64,000 nt of DNA from assembly GCA_013152485.1 (NCBI GenBank), contig JAADGG010000025.1, forward strand, positions 50-64,049. The letters are read 5' to 3'. How positions within the stretch are numbered: the first letter of the stretch is position 1; each line of letters begins with the position of its first letter. Source of the stretch: Nitrospirota bacterium (GTDB lineage: Bacteria > Nitrospirota > Thermodesulfovibrionia > Thermodesulfovibrionales > JdFR-85). Of the stretch, positions 37,207 to 47,475 are shown piece by piece. The notes under the pieces were generated by a model. That model was not told where the DNA came from. It worked only from the letters and a program-made list of their open reading frames with translations, and ran no database searches. The position numbers and the translations under genes were made by a program.

Positions 37207-38373
37207 TCACGCGCCCTCGTGACCTTCAACGGGGAGGCGGATCTCTACGGTTGTGCCCTCTCCGGGCCTGCTCGATACGTCTATTCCTCCCCCGAGGAGG
37301 TTCAGCAGGCTCCTGGTTATGGTCAGCCCCAGCCCCGTGCCCTCGTATCTCCCGGTGCCGGCAAAGGCCTCGAATATCCTCTCCAGGTCCTCCTCGCGTA
37401 TGCCTGTGCCGGTATCGCTTACAGATATCCGGATCTCCCGTCCCTCGTTGCTCAGGGAGAGGAGGATCCGGCCCTGTTGTGTGAACTTCGCGGCATTGCC
37501 GGCGACGTTGGTGAGTATCTGCCGGACCTTGACCGGATCGGAGACGATGTACAAGGGTGCATCACATACGGACACGTCGACGCGGACGGGTTTGTTGCCC
37601 AAGAGTATGCGGGTGGTATCGGCGACCTCACGGATTACCGGAACCACGTCGAAGCGCTCGTTGAGGGCCTCCATCCTTCCCGCCTCTATTCTTGAGAGGT
37701 CGAGGACGTTCGTTACGATCGACCTCAGGTAGGTTGAGCTTGACATCAGCATGGCGAGATGCTCCTGCATGCGTTCCATCTGTCCCCTTTCGTACGAGAT
37801 CTTCATGAGCTCGGTCAGCCCGATTATGGCGTTTACGGGTGAACGGAGCTCATGGGTGACGTGTGCAATGAAACGGGACCTGATCCTGTTGACCTTCTCG
37901 AGGCTCCTTGCCCTCTCCTTTGCCAGCTCTCTCTGGATGATGCTGTTTACGAGGGCGTTGCCCTGCTGTATCACCATCTGCTTCACGGAGAGGAGGCCCC
38001 TGTAGTCTCCCTTGCCGTTTACGACTATGATATCGTCGTAGACGTTTTCAGGTGCCCTCTCCAGGGCCGTGTCCATGGCGATATCGAGCCTTTCGTCCTC
38101 GTTGATGACGAGCGGTTCGGGGTCGGCTATGGATATGACGGGCTTTTTTCCGTAGAGCTCGAACCCGTACCTCCTGAACAGCCTCAACAGCAGCTTCGAC
38201 CTCGTTGCAAGCCCTACAGGTTCCCTGCACTCGACCACTGCCACGGCGTCCATGCCTGCAGAGTTGAAGAAGATCTCGGCCACGCTGCTTACAGGGGCGT
38301 GCGGCGGTATGTGCTGCCTGGACGTCACCAGGCGTCCCACCGACAGAGAGTGGTCCTGCACCGATTCCCTCAT
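37207..38373 (-). CDS. Sensor histidine kinase with N-terminal CBS-pair-like domain
   Basis: 388-aa soluble protein. The N-terminal half resembles a CBS pair. HisKA has HVTHELRSPVN. HATPase has the N box (NVAGNAAKF), DTGTGI and GTGLGL. Confidence 0.8.
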   Translation of the reverse strand: MRESVQDHSLSVGRLVTSRQHIPPHAPVSSVAEIFFNSAGMDAVAVVECREPVGLATRSKLLLRLFRRYGFELYGKKPVISIADPEPLVINEDERLDIAMDTALERAPENVYDDIIVVNGKGDYRGLLSVKQMVIQQGNALVNSIIQRELAKERARSLEKVNRIRSRFIAHVTHELRSPVNAIIGLTELMKISYERGQMERMQEHLAMLMSSSTYLRSIVTNVLDLSRIEAGRMEALNERFDVVPVIREVADTTRILLGNKPVRVDVSVCDAPLYIVSDPVKVRQILTNVAGNAAKFTQQGRILLSLSNEGREIRISVSDTGTGIREEDLERIFEAFAGTGRYEGTGLGLTITRSLLNLLGGGIDVSSRPGEGTTVEIRLPVEGHEGA

Positions 38374-38389
38374 CCGTCGCCTTCCGGCA

Positions 38390-38563
38390 CTATGCCGCCG
38401 CCTCGATTGTCTCTTTGCAGTTCACGATGCAATCCACCATGTAGAGCCTGCAGGTCTCGTACTCGTAGCTGCCGCTGTAGCAGCAACCTCCATCCGCGCA
38501 CTCGAGGTGCTCGGGTTCGATCCCGGCAACCCTGCAAATACCGTTGTCAAACTTTGGACACAT
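38390..38563 (-). CDS. Small cysteine-rich protein (57 aa, 8 Cys), unannotated in the ORF track
   Basis: Hand translation: MCPKFDNGICRVAGIEPEHLECADGGCCYSGSYEYETCRLYMVDCIVNCKETIEAAA. Codon usage matches the genome (AGG Arg, C-ending codons). A G-rich SD-like stretch lies ~9 nt upstream. The stop is 16 nt before the kinase start. Confidence 0.5.
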   Translation of the reverse strand: MCPKFDNGICRVAGIEPEHLECADGGCCYSGSYEYETCRLYMVDCIVNCKETIEAAA

Positions 38564-38706
38564 GACTCTTTACCCCCGATCAAGTTTTCTTGGAAGTGAA
38601 CCCCTGGGCTCTCTTCCGGTTAGTTGCATCCGGCCGGCTCGTGTGCGTCTGCTTCATCACACCTGCCGTCCCCCTCGTCGTTGACAATCTGAATGATATC
38701 AAAACA

Positions 38707-38748
38707 ATGTTACGTGATCATGAAAACGGCATTAAGTTTTCAAGATTG
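38707..38748 (-). promoter_or_regulatory. 42-nt motif shared with the porin upstream region (candidate promoter/operator)
   Basis: atgttacgtgatcatgaaaacggcattaagttttcaagattg aligns without gaps to 40247-40288 (28/42 identical, including a 9-mer atgttacgt and ttttca). On the minus strand it contains TTGAAA. Confidence 0.35.
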
Positions 38749-38906
38749 ACGGCGCCGTTCCCCTTCCGCCTCCCGCATGTGAAAAAGCGGGGCGGGGGCC
38801 GGGCCCCCACCCTAAGGAGGATTGGAGATGATGAGTTTTCTCGCCGCTTCCGTTGCGCAGTCCCTCGAGTAATGCCCTTCCGTGATGGACGGCCCTGTCA
38901 GGGGCT

Positions 38907-40085
38907 TCAGAACACATACTGGGTCTGAATGAAGAGTTCGTTTTCATCGTTGCCGGTTACTCCTTTCAGGTTCCTGCCCATCCTGTACGTAAGCTGTACC
39001 TTGATGTCGTGCTTCTGTATGAACCAGTTCGTTCCGATGGAGGTACGGGTCCAGGTGTCCGCGTAGTTGTCGGCATCCTGTGCCTGGTATGCTGCAACGA
39101 GTTCGATCCTGCCGGGCACCATCATGTATCCACCCTCGATCGAGTAGTTCTTGAGGTCCGTGCTGCCGTTCTTGTATATGCCGCTGGTGACGTTTGCAGC
39201 CACGGTATCGGCCTTGAACAGGTTGTATTCGGCATCGACGGAGAACCCCGCAGCCCTGAACGCACCGCTCAGCTCGAAGCCGGTTACCTTGTCGACGTCG
39301 AACTTTTTGCCGTCTGGATCCGGCGTGTCTATGTATGTGTTGTTGTCGTCGTCATTGCTCCACCTGAAGGCGGCGATCCCGATCGTTGCTCTGGTCTTGT
39401 GATTGAAGTCGCCCTGCGAGAACTTCAGGTTGCCGAAGGGGTGGAAGTCCATGCGGCCGCCGATTATCCAGCCCTCGTTGAAGTCGGAATCCCTGTTGAC
39501 GGGTGAGTCGAAGTCGAGTTTGCCGGTGTCGGGGTCTATGGAGGCGGAGGCCACGGAGAAGCCGTAGGTGAGCCTCTTGTCGCTGTTGTGGCCGGTAATG
39601 TGGATCCCCGCGTTACGGTCGGGAGTGCCGTAGTTGTGGTCTCCTACGAATGTACGCTCCACCAGCTGCTGTTTTTTCGAGGACGTAAGGAACTCGCGCG
39701 AGAACGGGAAGCCCTTGTTGCCGACGGTGATCTTTATGTTGTGGAACCCCTTGTACTGCATGTAGGCGTCTTTTATCGCCAGTTCGTTCTTTCCCTCTGC
39801 CTTGCCCATGTCCCACTGAAACTTGCCCTTCCAGTCCTTGTGCAGGCTGCCCTCTATGTATGGGCGGAAACGTCGGAAAAAGACCTTGTCGCTGGAGTCT
39901 CCACCGTCGGGATCCTTGTAGTGGTACTGGAGCTGGATCCTTCCTCCCAGCTTTACATACTTGTCGTCCTTCTTGTACACGGTTATTCCTGCGGCATCGG
40001 TGTCCGATGGGATGTAAAGGTTCATGATCACGGCCACTGCCAGTACGGTAAAAAAGAGTTTCAGGAATCTCGGTATTGCTGACAT
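38907..40085 (-). CDS. Outer-membrane porin (phosphate-selective porin O/P-like beta-barrel)
   Basis: 392-aa ORF with a signal peptide, alternating beta-strand pattern rich in Y/G/D/N, and the C-terminal signature QTQYVF. Confidence 0.75.
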   Translation of the reverse strand: MSAIPRFLKLFFTVLAVAVIMNLYIPSDTDAAGITVYKKDDKYVKLGGRIQLQYHYKDPDGGDSSDKVFFRRFRPYIEGSLHKDWKGKFQWDMGKAEGKNELAIKDAYMQYKGFHNIKITVGNKGFPFSREFLTSSKKQQLVERTFVGDHNYGTPDRNAGIHITGHNSDKRLTYGFSVASASIDPDTGKLDFDSPVNRDSDFNEGWIIGGRMDFHPFGNLKFSQGDFNHKTRATIGIAAFRWSNDDDNNTYIDTPDPDGKKFDVDKVTGFELSGAFRAAGFSVDAEYNLFKADTVAANVTSGIYKNGSTDLKNYSIEGGYMMVPGRIELVAAYQAQDADNYADTWTRTSIGTNWFIQKHDIKVQLTYRMGRNLKGVTGNDENELFIQTQYVF

Positions 40086-40246
40086 GTCTGTCCTCCTTGG
40101 TCTGTGGGTTTCATTCTGCCCTTCGGGTTTCCCGGCCCGTGAACACGGGCCGTGTGTGTTGTCGAGATCTCAGGTCCTTCCCTGCATTGCTCACCTCCTC
40201 CCGTCTGCAGCCTGTCAGTTTTGACGTCAATCATCATACACCGGCG

Positions 40247-40288
40247 ATGTTACGTAGATATGACAGGAGTGTTAACTTTTCATGATCT
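40247..40288 (-). promoter_or_regulatory. Second copy of the 42-nt shared motif, upstream of the porin gene
   Basis: atgttacgtagatatgacaggagtgttaacttttcatgatct. On the minus strand this reads ATGAAA, 17 nt, TATCTA, followed by cgtaacat. Confidence 0.35.
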
Positions 40289-40353
40289 CCCTTGCAGCAG
40301 TCCGGGAAAAGGGGGCGGAACAAAGCCCCGGCTTTTGGTGGTGGAAACCGTAC

Positions 40354-40362
40354 TGGTATAAT
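40354..40362 (+). promoter_or_regulatory. Extended -10 element (TGgTATAAT) that could drive repeat copy C and truA
   Basis: tggtataat at 40354-40362. There is no good -35, but the TGn extension is present. It sits ~60 nt upstream of the left edge of repeat copy C. Confidence 0.35.
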
Positions 40363-40421
40363 AGGGGACACGTATGTTACAGGAACCAGTACCGTAAATG
40401 TACAGGCGATCAAAACGGGGT

Positions 40422-40758
40422 TATATACCGGCAATAGAACGTCCTGACCCACGGTTGATTAGGTTGCAGGAATCGCTATCTCTGCAGGTTTGTCCTGCCG
40501 GACTTGATCCTGAGTTATGAAAGGGCTGCAGTATTTATTGGTCGAAGTAATTAATAATTTATGGCTGTCGGTAGCGATATGACAGGCTCTCCACTCATTC
40601 TCGTGCCGGCGTCCGGCTCGTACCGGCGTCCGACTCGTACCGGCGTCCGGCCGGGAGTCCGAGGGAATTTCGCAGTTCACCATCCGGGTGAATTTGCTGC
40701 GAAATTAAGACCGTTCAGAGTCTGTCATAGCGCTCCCTGTCCATAATTGAGCCTCTTT
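40422..40758 (+). repeat. Structured repeat element, copy C (unit-core; core 40579-40728)
   Basis: The stem is atgacaggctct (40579-40590) with agagtctgtcat (40717-40728). It has one G.U-compatible change. The hairpin gaatttcgcagttcacc/ggtgaatttgctgcgaaatt replaces the copy B stem with compensatory changes. A 17-nt tandem repeat lies at 40606-40652. Confidence 0.8.
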
Positions 40759-40812
40759 GAGAGCCGGGGGTACGGCAGAAAAGGGGCATGTGCCGTAAGG
40801 AGGTTTTGCGGA

Positions 40813-41580
40813 TTGAGAAGGATCAGACTGACGCTTCAGTATGACGGCACGGACTACTCGGGCTGGCAGGTACAGCCCGGAAGGGTCACCGTGCAGGGAC
40901 TGATAGAGGCATGCCTGAGGAGGATGACCGGGGAAGAGACAGTGGTTCTCGGCGCCGGGCGTACGGATGCGGGAGTGCACGCACTGCAGCAGGTGGCGTC
41001 TTTTGATACGGAGTCCCGGTATCCGCCCGAGGTTTTTCAGAGGGCCCTCAACGGGATGCTCCCGCCGGACATAAGGGTGTTGTCGTCCTGCTATGCCGGG
41101 GAGGACTTTCATCCGCGTTACAGCGCGAAGGCAAAGAGCTACTTCTACCTGATCGACTGTTCGGCTGCGGGCAATCCGTTCATGAGGAGGTACAGCCATC
41201 ACTGCAGGCAGAGGCTCGACAGCCGGCTGATGCTCAGCGCCTCCGCCTGCCTGATCGGCAGGCATGACTTCTCCTCTTTCAGGGCCTCCGGCTGTGGCGC
41301 CAGATCCGCGGTAAGGGAGCTTTTCGGCATAGAGGTGGAAGAGACGAGCAGGATCGATTTTCTCACCACCGGCTTCACTGGCTCATTCATAAGGATATCC
41401 ATAAAGGGAGACGCCTTTCTGAGACACATGGTGCGCAATATCGTGGGTACCTTGATGGAGGTTGGAAGGGGCCGCATCAGCCCTGAAAGGCTGGGTGCTA
41501 TACTTGAGGCAAAGGACAGGACGGTCGCCGGTCCTACAGCCCCTGCAAGGGGGTTGTTTCTTGAGAAGATCTATTACTGA
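40813..41580 (+). CDS. truA: tRNA pseudouridine(38-40) synthase TruA
   Basis: Has RIRLTLQYDGTDYSGWQVQ and the GAGRTDAGVHA catalytic motif. I prefer the TTG start at 40813 (AAGGAGG 9 nt upstream). The track ATG at 40747 lies inside repeat copy C. Confidence 0.85.
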   Translation: MRRIRLTLQYDGTDYSGWQVQPGRVTVQGLIEACLRRMTGEETVVLGAGRTDAGVHALQQVASFDTESRYPPEVFQRALNGMLPPDIRVLSSCYAGEDFHPRYSAKAKSYFYLIDCSAAGNPFMRRYSHHCRQRLDSRLMLSASACLIGRHDFSSFRASGCGARSAVRELFGIEVEETSRIDFLTTGFTGSFIRISIKGDAFLRHMVRNIVGTLMEVGRGRISPERLGAILEAKDRTVAGPTAPARGLFLEKIYY

Positions 41581-41642
41581 GGCCTTTTTTCACTGCGCAC
41601 GTCCTGTTCGCGGAAGCCGCCACAATGGCCCCCTGCATGACA

Positions 41643-42065
41643 TCAGATGCCCTCCTCTTCCCGTTCGATCTTCTCGAGCTCTTCGCGTTTTCCCATGCAG
41701 TCGACACAGTATATCGCAAACGGGATGATCTTCAGCCTCTCTTCGCTTATCTCCGAACCGCAGTCTTCGCAGACCCCGTATGTGCCCTCGTTGAGCTTCC
41801 TCAGGGCCTCGTCTATCTTGTTCAGGGTCTGCTTGTGTACGGTGAGCTTCCTCAGGTTGAGGTCTTCGGCCAGATCCACGACCGACCAGTCTCCGTCATC
41901 GAGGGCGGTTTCGGCGAGCTGCTTGTTCTCTCCCCTGATGAACTTGCCTATCTCGCTCTTGGCCTCCCTTATTATTTCCTGCCTCTTGGCGATGAGCAGC
42001 TTTCTCAGGCGTTCCCTTCTCTGCTCTTCACTCTCCTGGGCCTTCTTAGCCTTTTTTCTCGGCAT
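41643..42065 (-). CDS. dksA: DksA/TraR-family C4 zinc-finger regulator
   Basis: 140-aa ORF with a coiled-coil region, then CEDCGSEISEERL....YCVDC. Confidence 0.85.
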   Translation of the reverse strand: MPRKKAKKAQESEEQRRERLRKLLIAKRQEIIREAKSEIGKFIRGENKQLAETALDDGDWSVVDLAEDLNLRKLTVHKQTLNKIDEALRKLNEGTYGVCEDCGSEISEERLKIIPFAIYCVDCMGKREELEKIEREEEGI

Positions 42066-42204
42066 CAGCCACCTCTTTTTTCTCTGCTCCGCCCTCCTTG
42101 TAGAGTTCCACTATACTCCGGACCTTTATGCCCGCCGCCTTGAGGGCTTTCTGTATGTCTGGCAGCTTTGCATCTTCGACTTTGACCATGAAATTTGCGT
42201 TCAT
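42046..42204 (-). CDS. Possible small protein (52 aa) between frr and dksA
   Basis: Hand translation: MNANFMVKVEDAKLPDIQKALKAAGIKVRSIVELYKEGGAEKKEVADAEKKG. GGAGG lies 4 nt upstream. ATA Ile codons match the genome. The 3' end overlaps the dksA start by 20 nt. No family recognised. Confidence 0.4.
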   Translation of the reverse strand: MNANFMVKVEDAKLPDIQKALKAAGIKVRSIVELYKEGGAEKKEVADAEKKG

Positions 42205-42259
42205 AGTGCCTCCTTTACAGAGCTAAGGTGTTTTGGAACATACACTCCACCGGCCTGTT

Positions 42260-42817
42260 CTATACTTCCATTATCTCCTTTTCCTTGTGCTGCAGGACCT
42301 CGTCGACCGTTTTTATGAAGCCGTCGGTGAGCTTCTGGACCTCTTCGAGACCCCTCTTTATGTCGTCCTCACTTATGTGCTTGTCCTTTTCGAGTTTCTT
42401 CAGCTCTTCGTTCGTCTCTCTGCGGATGTTTCTTATCGCCACCCTCGCCTCCTCGGCACGCTTCCGGACCACCTTGACGAGCTGCTTGCGCCGCTCTTCT
42501 GTAAGGGGGGGGATGGCTATCCGGATGACCTTGCCGTCGTTTGATGGGTTGAGTCCGAGGTCGGACTGGAGAATGGCCTTTTCTATGACCGGGACCATGG
42601 ACTGCTCCCATGGCTGTATGGCGATCATTCGGGGCTCGGGCACGGAAAGGGTTGCAACCTGATTCAGCGGCGTCTGTGTGCCGTAATAATCGACCGTGAT
42701 GTTGTCCAGCAGGGCGATTGAGGCACGTCCGGTCCTGATGGAGGCGAGGTCTTTCTTCAATGCCTCTATGGCCTTCTCCATCTTCTCCTTGGCCTTTTTC
42801 TTCAGTTCCTTGTCCAT
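42260..42817 (-). CDS. frr: Ribosome recycling factor
   Basis: 185-aa ORF with the typical RRF sequence ([18 protein letters not shown]...L.Q.A). Confidence 0.95.
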   Translation of the reverse strand: MDKELKKKAKEKMEKAIEALKKDLASIRTGRASIALLDNITVDYYGTQTPLNQVATLSVPEPRMIAIQPWEQSMVPVIEKAILQSDLGLNPSNDGKVIRIAIPPLTEERRKQLVKVVRKRAEEARVAIRNIRRETNEELKKLEKDKHISEDDIKRGLEEVQKLTDGFIKTVDEVLQHKEKEIMEV

Positions 42818-42881
42818 AGCTTCTCCCTCCAGAGGATTGATTCAAGCAGTGCGTGTCAGTGGCGACCCATACTTGCGGAGT

Positions 42882-44210
<1,329 letters not shown>

Positions 44211-44214
<4 letters not shown>

Positions 44215-45038
44215 TCTGAAACCTCCTCTGTCTGTGGCGCTGCCTCTGCAGGTGATGCAGCCGGTTCACTTACAGCCGCCATCTCTTCTGCCTCTTCCTG
44301 AGAGATCTTCTCTTCTATCCGGGCCTCCTCAGCCTTTGCCTCCATCTCCTTGCTCAGTATCTCTTTTCCCTCGAGTATCGCAGTGGCCATCTTGGAAGTG
44401 ATCAGCTTGATCGCCCTTATTGCGTCGTCGTTGCCCGGTATGACATGGTCTATCTCGTCGGGGTCGCAGTTCGTATCGACTATTGCCACTATGGGTATCT
44501 TCAGGATCCGTGCCTCCTGAACTGCTATCCGTTCCTTTCTCGGATCAACGACGAACAGTGCGCCCGGAAGGGTCTGCATCTCCTTGAGGCCGCCGAGGTT
44601 CTTCTCGAGCCTCGTCCGCGTCTTCTCGAGCTTTGCCACTTCCTTCTTGGTGAGGGCGTCGTAAGTGCCGTCCTCTTTCATCTTCTCTATATTCTTCAGC
44701 TTTTCGATGCTCTTCTTGATGGTGGTGAAGTTGGTGAGCATACCGCCGAGCCATCTCTGGTTGACATAGTATGCGCCGACCCTCTCCGCTTCGTCCTTTA
44801 TGGAGTCCTGCGCCTGCTTCTTGGTCCCTACGAACAGGACGGACTGTCCAGACATCGACAGGCCCTTCAGGAAGTTGAACGCACTCTCGAGCCCCTTCAT
44901 CGTCTTCTGAAGGTCTATGATGTAGATACCGTTCCTCTCGCCGAAGATGTATCGCTTCATCTTCGGGTTCCATCTCTTGACCTGGTGTCCGAAATGAACC
45001 CCGGCCTCCAACAGCTCTTTCATCGTTACGACAGACAT
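44211..45038 (-). CDS. rpsB: 30S ribosomal protein S2
   Basis: Starts [27 protein letters not shown], with AGGAGGA upstream of ATG 45038. The track ORF adds 58 spurious N-terminal residues. It has an acidic C-terminal tail. Confidence 0.95.
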
Positions 45039-45312
45039 GTTTCTTCCTATCCTCCTTGGTGGTTTTTTTCCTCCGCCTCTTCTCCTGAACCCCGGGCACT
45101 CGTGTCCCTCCCGGAGACCGGTCAGGAGAGGTTTCAAGGCGTGTGTTTTTTTCGGGTCTTCCGCAGAGAACGCCGAAGCTGCATCCGCAGATAATGCCAT
45201 AAACCTTAACATAAGCCGGAGAGAAAATTCAAGAATTCAGGACATAAACGGTATTTTCCGCACCGGACCGGAACGCCTCGCCCCTGTCGCGCCGGTCTCC
45301 GGAGCGCTCTGT

Positions 45313-45858
45313 TCAGAGGGAATTGTAGTACTCGAGGTCGAGAAGCCGCCGCTTTATCTCTATGCCCGAGGAGTAGCCGCCCAGTCCGCCGTCTGACTGG
45401 ATGATCCTGTGGCAGGGGAGGACCACTGGCAGGGGGTTCCTGCTGAGGGCCTGTCCGACCGCCCTTACGCCCCGTGGTGTGCCGAGCCTCTCGGCGAGCC
45501 ACTTGTAGGTGCGGGTCTCTCCGTAGGGGATGCCTTCAAGTGCAAGCCAGACCTTCTTCTCGAAGTCCGTTCCGAGGAGGTCCAACGGGATGTCGAACCT
45601 CTTCCGCCGTCCCTCGAAGTATTCCCTGAACTGTGTCCTTATGTCTTCGGGCAGCGGGCATCTCCTTGCAGCATGATCGAGGTGCGCGGGGGCGTTTCCG
45701 GTGCCGCAGAAGCTGACGCCCCTGAGGCGGCAACCGTTGTCGGCCTTGATCGTATAAGTCAGGCAGAGGTTCCCCATCGGGGTATGGACCACGTCGTAGA
45801 GCGGCTCAGAGGAGAGAGGTTTCCTTTTGCTCATCGGTCCTTGAGTCGGCTGCGGCAA
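45313..45858 (-). CDS. ogt: Methylated-DNA--protein-cysteine methyltransferase
   Basis: Has the LPCHRII active site and YGETRTY. The start is uncertain (45858 or 45834) and overlaps the 3' end of the upstream HD-GYP gene. Confidence 0.85.
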   Translation of the reverse strand: MPQPTQGPMSKRKPLSSEPLYDVVHTPMGNLCLTYTIKADNGCRLRGVSFCGTGNAPAHLDHAARRCPLPEDIRTQFREYFEGRRKRFDIPLDLLGTDFEKKVWLALEGIPYGETRTYKWLAERLGTPRGVRAVGQALSRNPLPVVLPCHRIIQSDGGLGGYSSGIEIKRRLLDLEYYNSL

Positions 45859-46855
45859 GCTGCTCCAGCAGTTCGTGTCCTGCCAGTTTCATCATACCGA
45901 TGAAGTGTTCAAGCAGCAAGGGGTCCCACTGTCCGAGGTGCTTTTCCTCTCTCATGACCTCGAGTACTTCAAAGGCCGTGCGGCCTTCGCGGTAGAGGCG
46001 CTCGGAGTACATGGCGTCGAAGGAGTCGACTATCGACAGGATTCTCGCCAGCAGCGGTATCTCTTCTCCTTTCAGCCCGTCGGGAAATCCCTTCCCGTCC
46101 CACCTCTCGTGATGGTGCCTTATTGCAGGGAGGACCTCCCGGAGTGAGTGGAGCGGCTTGCAGATCTGCTCTCCGATTACGGTGTGCTGCTTTATTGTCT
46201 CGATCTCCTCGTCCGAGAGGGGGGGAGGCTTGAGGAAGAGGTCCTTGCTGAGACCTATCTTGCCGATATCGTGCAGGAGGCCGGCCTTGCGCAGCAGTTC
46301 CTGCTCCTGAAGAGACAGTCCCAGGTAGTCGCCGAAGTCCCTGCAGAGTTCGCCGACCCTGGTCGAGTGCCCTTGGGTGTGCGGGTCCCGGACCTCTAGT
46401 GTGGCGGCAAGCGTGAGGATGATGTTCTCCGAGTGCTCGAGCTCGTCATGCAGGTGCTTCAGTCTCAACAGGGACCGGACCCTCGCCGAGAACTCCCTCG
46501 GGTCTATGGGACGGCTTATGAAGTCGTCGGCTCCTGATTCGAGCCCCTCGATCTTTCCCCTCCTGTCCTTCCCGGCCCCGAGGAGTATCACGGGAAAGAA
46601 CCTCTGGCTCGCCATCCCCTTGAGCATCCGGCATAACCGGAAGCCGCATGTCTCGCTCGTCGTTATGTCTATGACGGCGATGTCGGGATGATGGGCCTTG
46701 AAGGCCTCTATCGCGTCTTCAGGACCGGCCGCCCTGAAGATCCGGAAACCGTCGGAACTGAAGACCTCCTCGAACAGGTCCGTGTTGGACCGTGAGTCAT
46801 CCACTATGAGTACTGCAGCCGTCTCCCTTGCGGATATTATGGTATCAGGAATCAT
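45806..46855 (-). CDS. Response regulator with HD-GYP phosphodiesterase domain
   Basis: 349-aa ORF. The receiver has LIVDDS and IAVIDI. The HD-GYP domain has HDIGKIGL and HHERWDGKGFPDGL. Confidence 0.85.
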   Translation of the reverse strand: MIPDTIISARETAAVLIVDDSRSNTDLFEEVFSSDGFRIFRAAGPEDAIEAFKAHHPDIAVIDITTSETCGFRLCRMLKGMASQRFFPVILLGAGKDRRGKIEGLESGADDFISRPIDPREFSARVRSLLRLKHLHDELEHSENIILTLAATLEVRDPHTQGHSTRVGELCRDFGDYLGLSLQEQELLRKAGLLHDIGKIGLSKDLFLKPPPLSDEEIETIKQHTVIGEQICKPLHSLREVLPAIRHHHERWDGKGFPDGLKGEEIPLLARILSIVDSFDAMYSERLYREGRTAFEVLEVMREEKHLGQWDPLLLEHFIGMMKLAGHELLEQLAAADSRTDEQKETSLL

Positions 46856-46964
46856 TATTAAATAATTAAAACATCTTCTGTGATTTTTGTCAACAAAAAT
46901 GGCGGGTTCCCGCCGTTTGTCCGGCCTTCTTCGTTCAGGGAAGGTCTCGGTGGACGGTGCGTGT

Positions 46965-47186
46965 TCATACCAGCCTCAGCCCCGCATAGTAGCAGCAGCA
47001 TTCGTTGTCGAGGTCGTTGATGAAGGACCGCTCCACTCCGTCCTCGAAGAGGACCTTTACGAAACAGAATCCGCCTTCGAGGCACGAGTGCCTCTCTTCC
47101 ACCACGACCCCTTCGCCCCAGGCGTCGTATCTGAGGTGCCTGACCCTGTTGCCGGTCTTCAAGTACAGCCTCGGCTTCATACTCAA
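46965..47186 (-). CDS. Small conserved-looking protein (73 aa), possibly DUF3553-like
   Basis: LKTGNRVRHLRYDAWGEGVVVEE... resembles the SH3-like DUF3553 pattern from memory. The C-terminus has a CCC run. The family assignment is tentative. Confidence 0.4.
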   Translation of the reverse strand: MSMKPRLYLKTGNRVRHLRYDAWGEGVVVEERHSCLEGGFCFVKVLFEDGVERSFINDLDNECCCYYAGLRLV

Positions 47187-47382
47187 ATTATACCAGAAAC
47201 GCGCCTCCTTCGGGGATGCGGCCGGCTGTGTCGGCCCTCTGCGGTTGCATAAAATTTTTATCTGTGCGAATATTATTTATGTAATGTTATCGCTGCCGTA
47301 GCAGCGGCCTGTGCCCGTTCGGAAACACACTCGTGGATAATAAAGTCATTAGAGTTTTAAATAGCTTTTAGGCCGAAATTTT

Positions 47383-47412
47383 TTGACAAAAACTGCGTGG
47401 TTGTGATAGATT
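47383..47412 (+). promoter_or_regulatory. Candidate sigma70 promoter for hemL
   Basis: TTGACA (47383-47388), 18-nt spacer, TAGATT (47407-47412), within a locally AT-rich intergenic stretch. Confidence 0.3.
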
Positions 47413-47475
47413 TATGTGACTTCAGGGAGCAGCCAAAAAAATATATCTATTAAAAAACAAAATTGTGAAGAAATT

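Noticed and set aside
40606-40652. CRISPR-like short repeats
   Set aside because: These are contiguous 17-nt tandem repeats without spacers, inside a larger repeat element. No cas genes or repeat-spacer periodicity occur anywhere in the window.
45039-45312. rpsB autoregulatory leader RNA
   Set aside because: A long (~150-270 nt) upstream region with some hairpins exists. I could not recognise the conserved S2-binding pseudoknot by eye, so this needs a covariance-model search.
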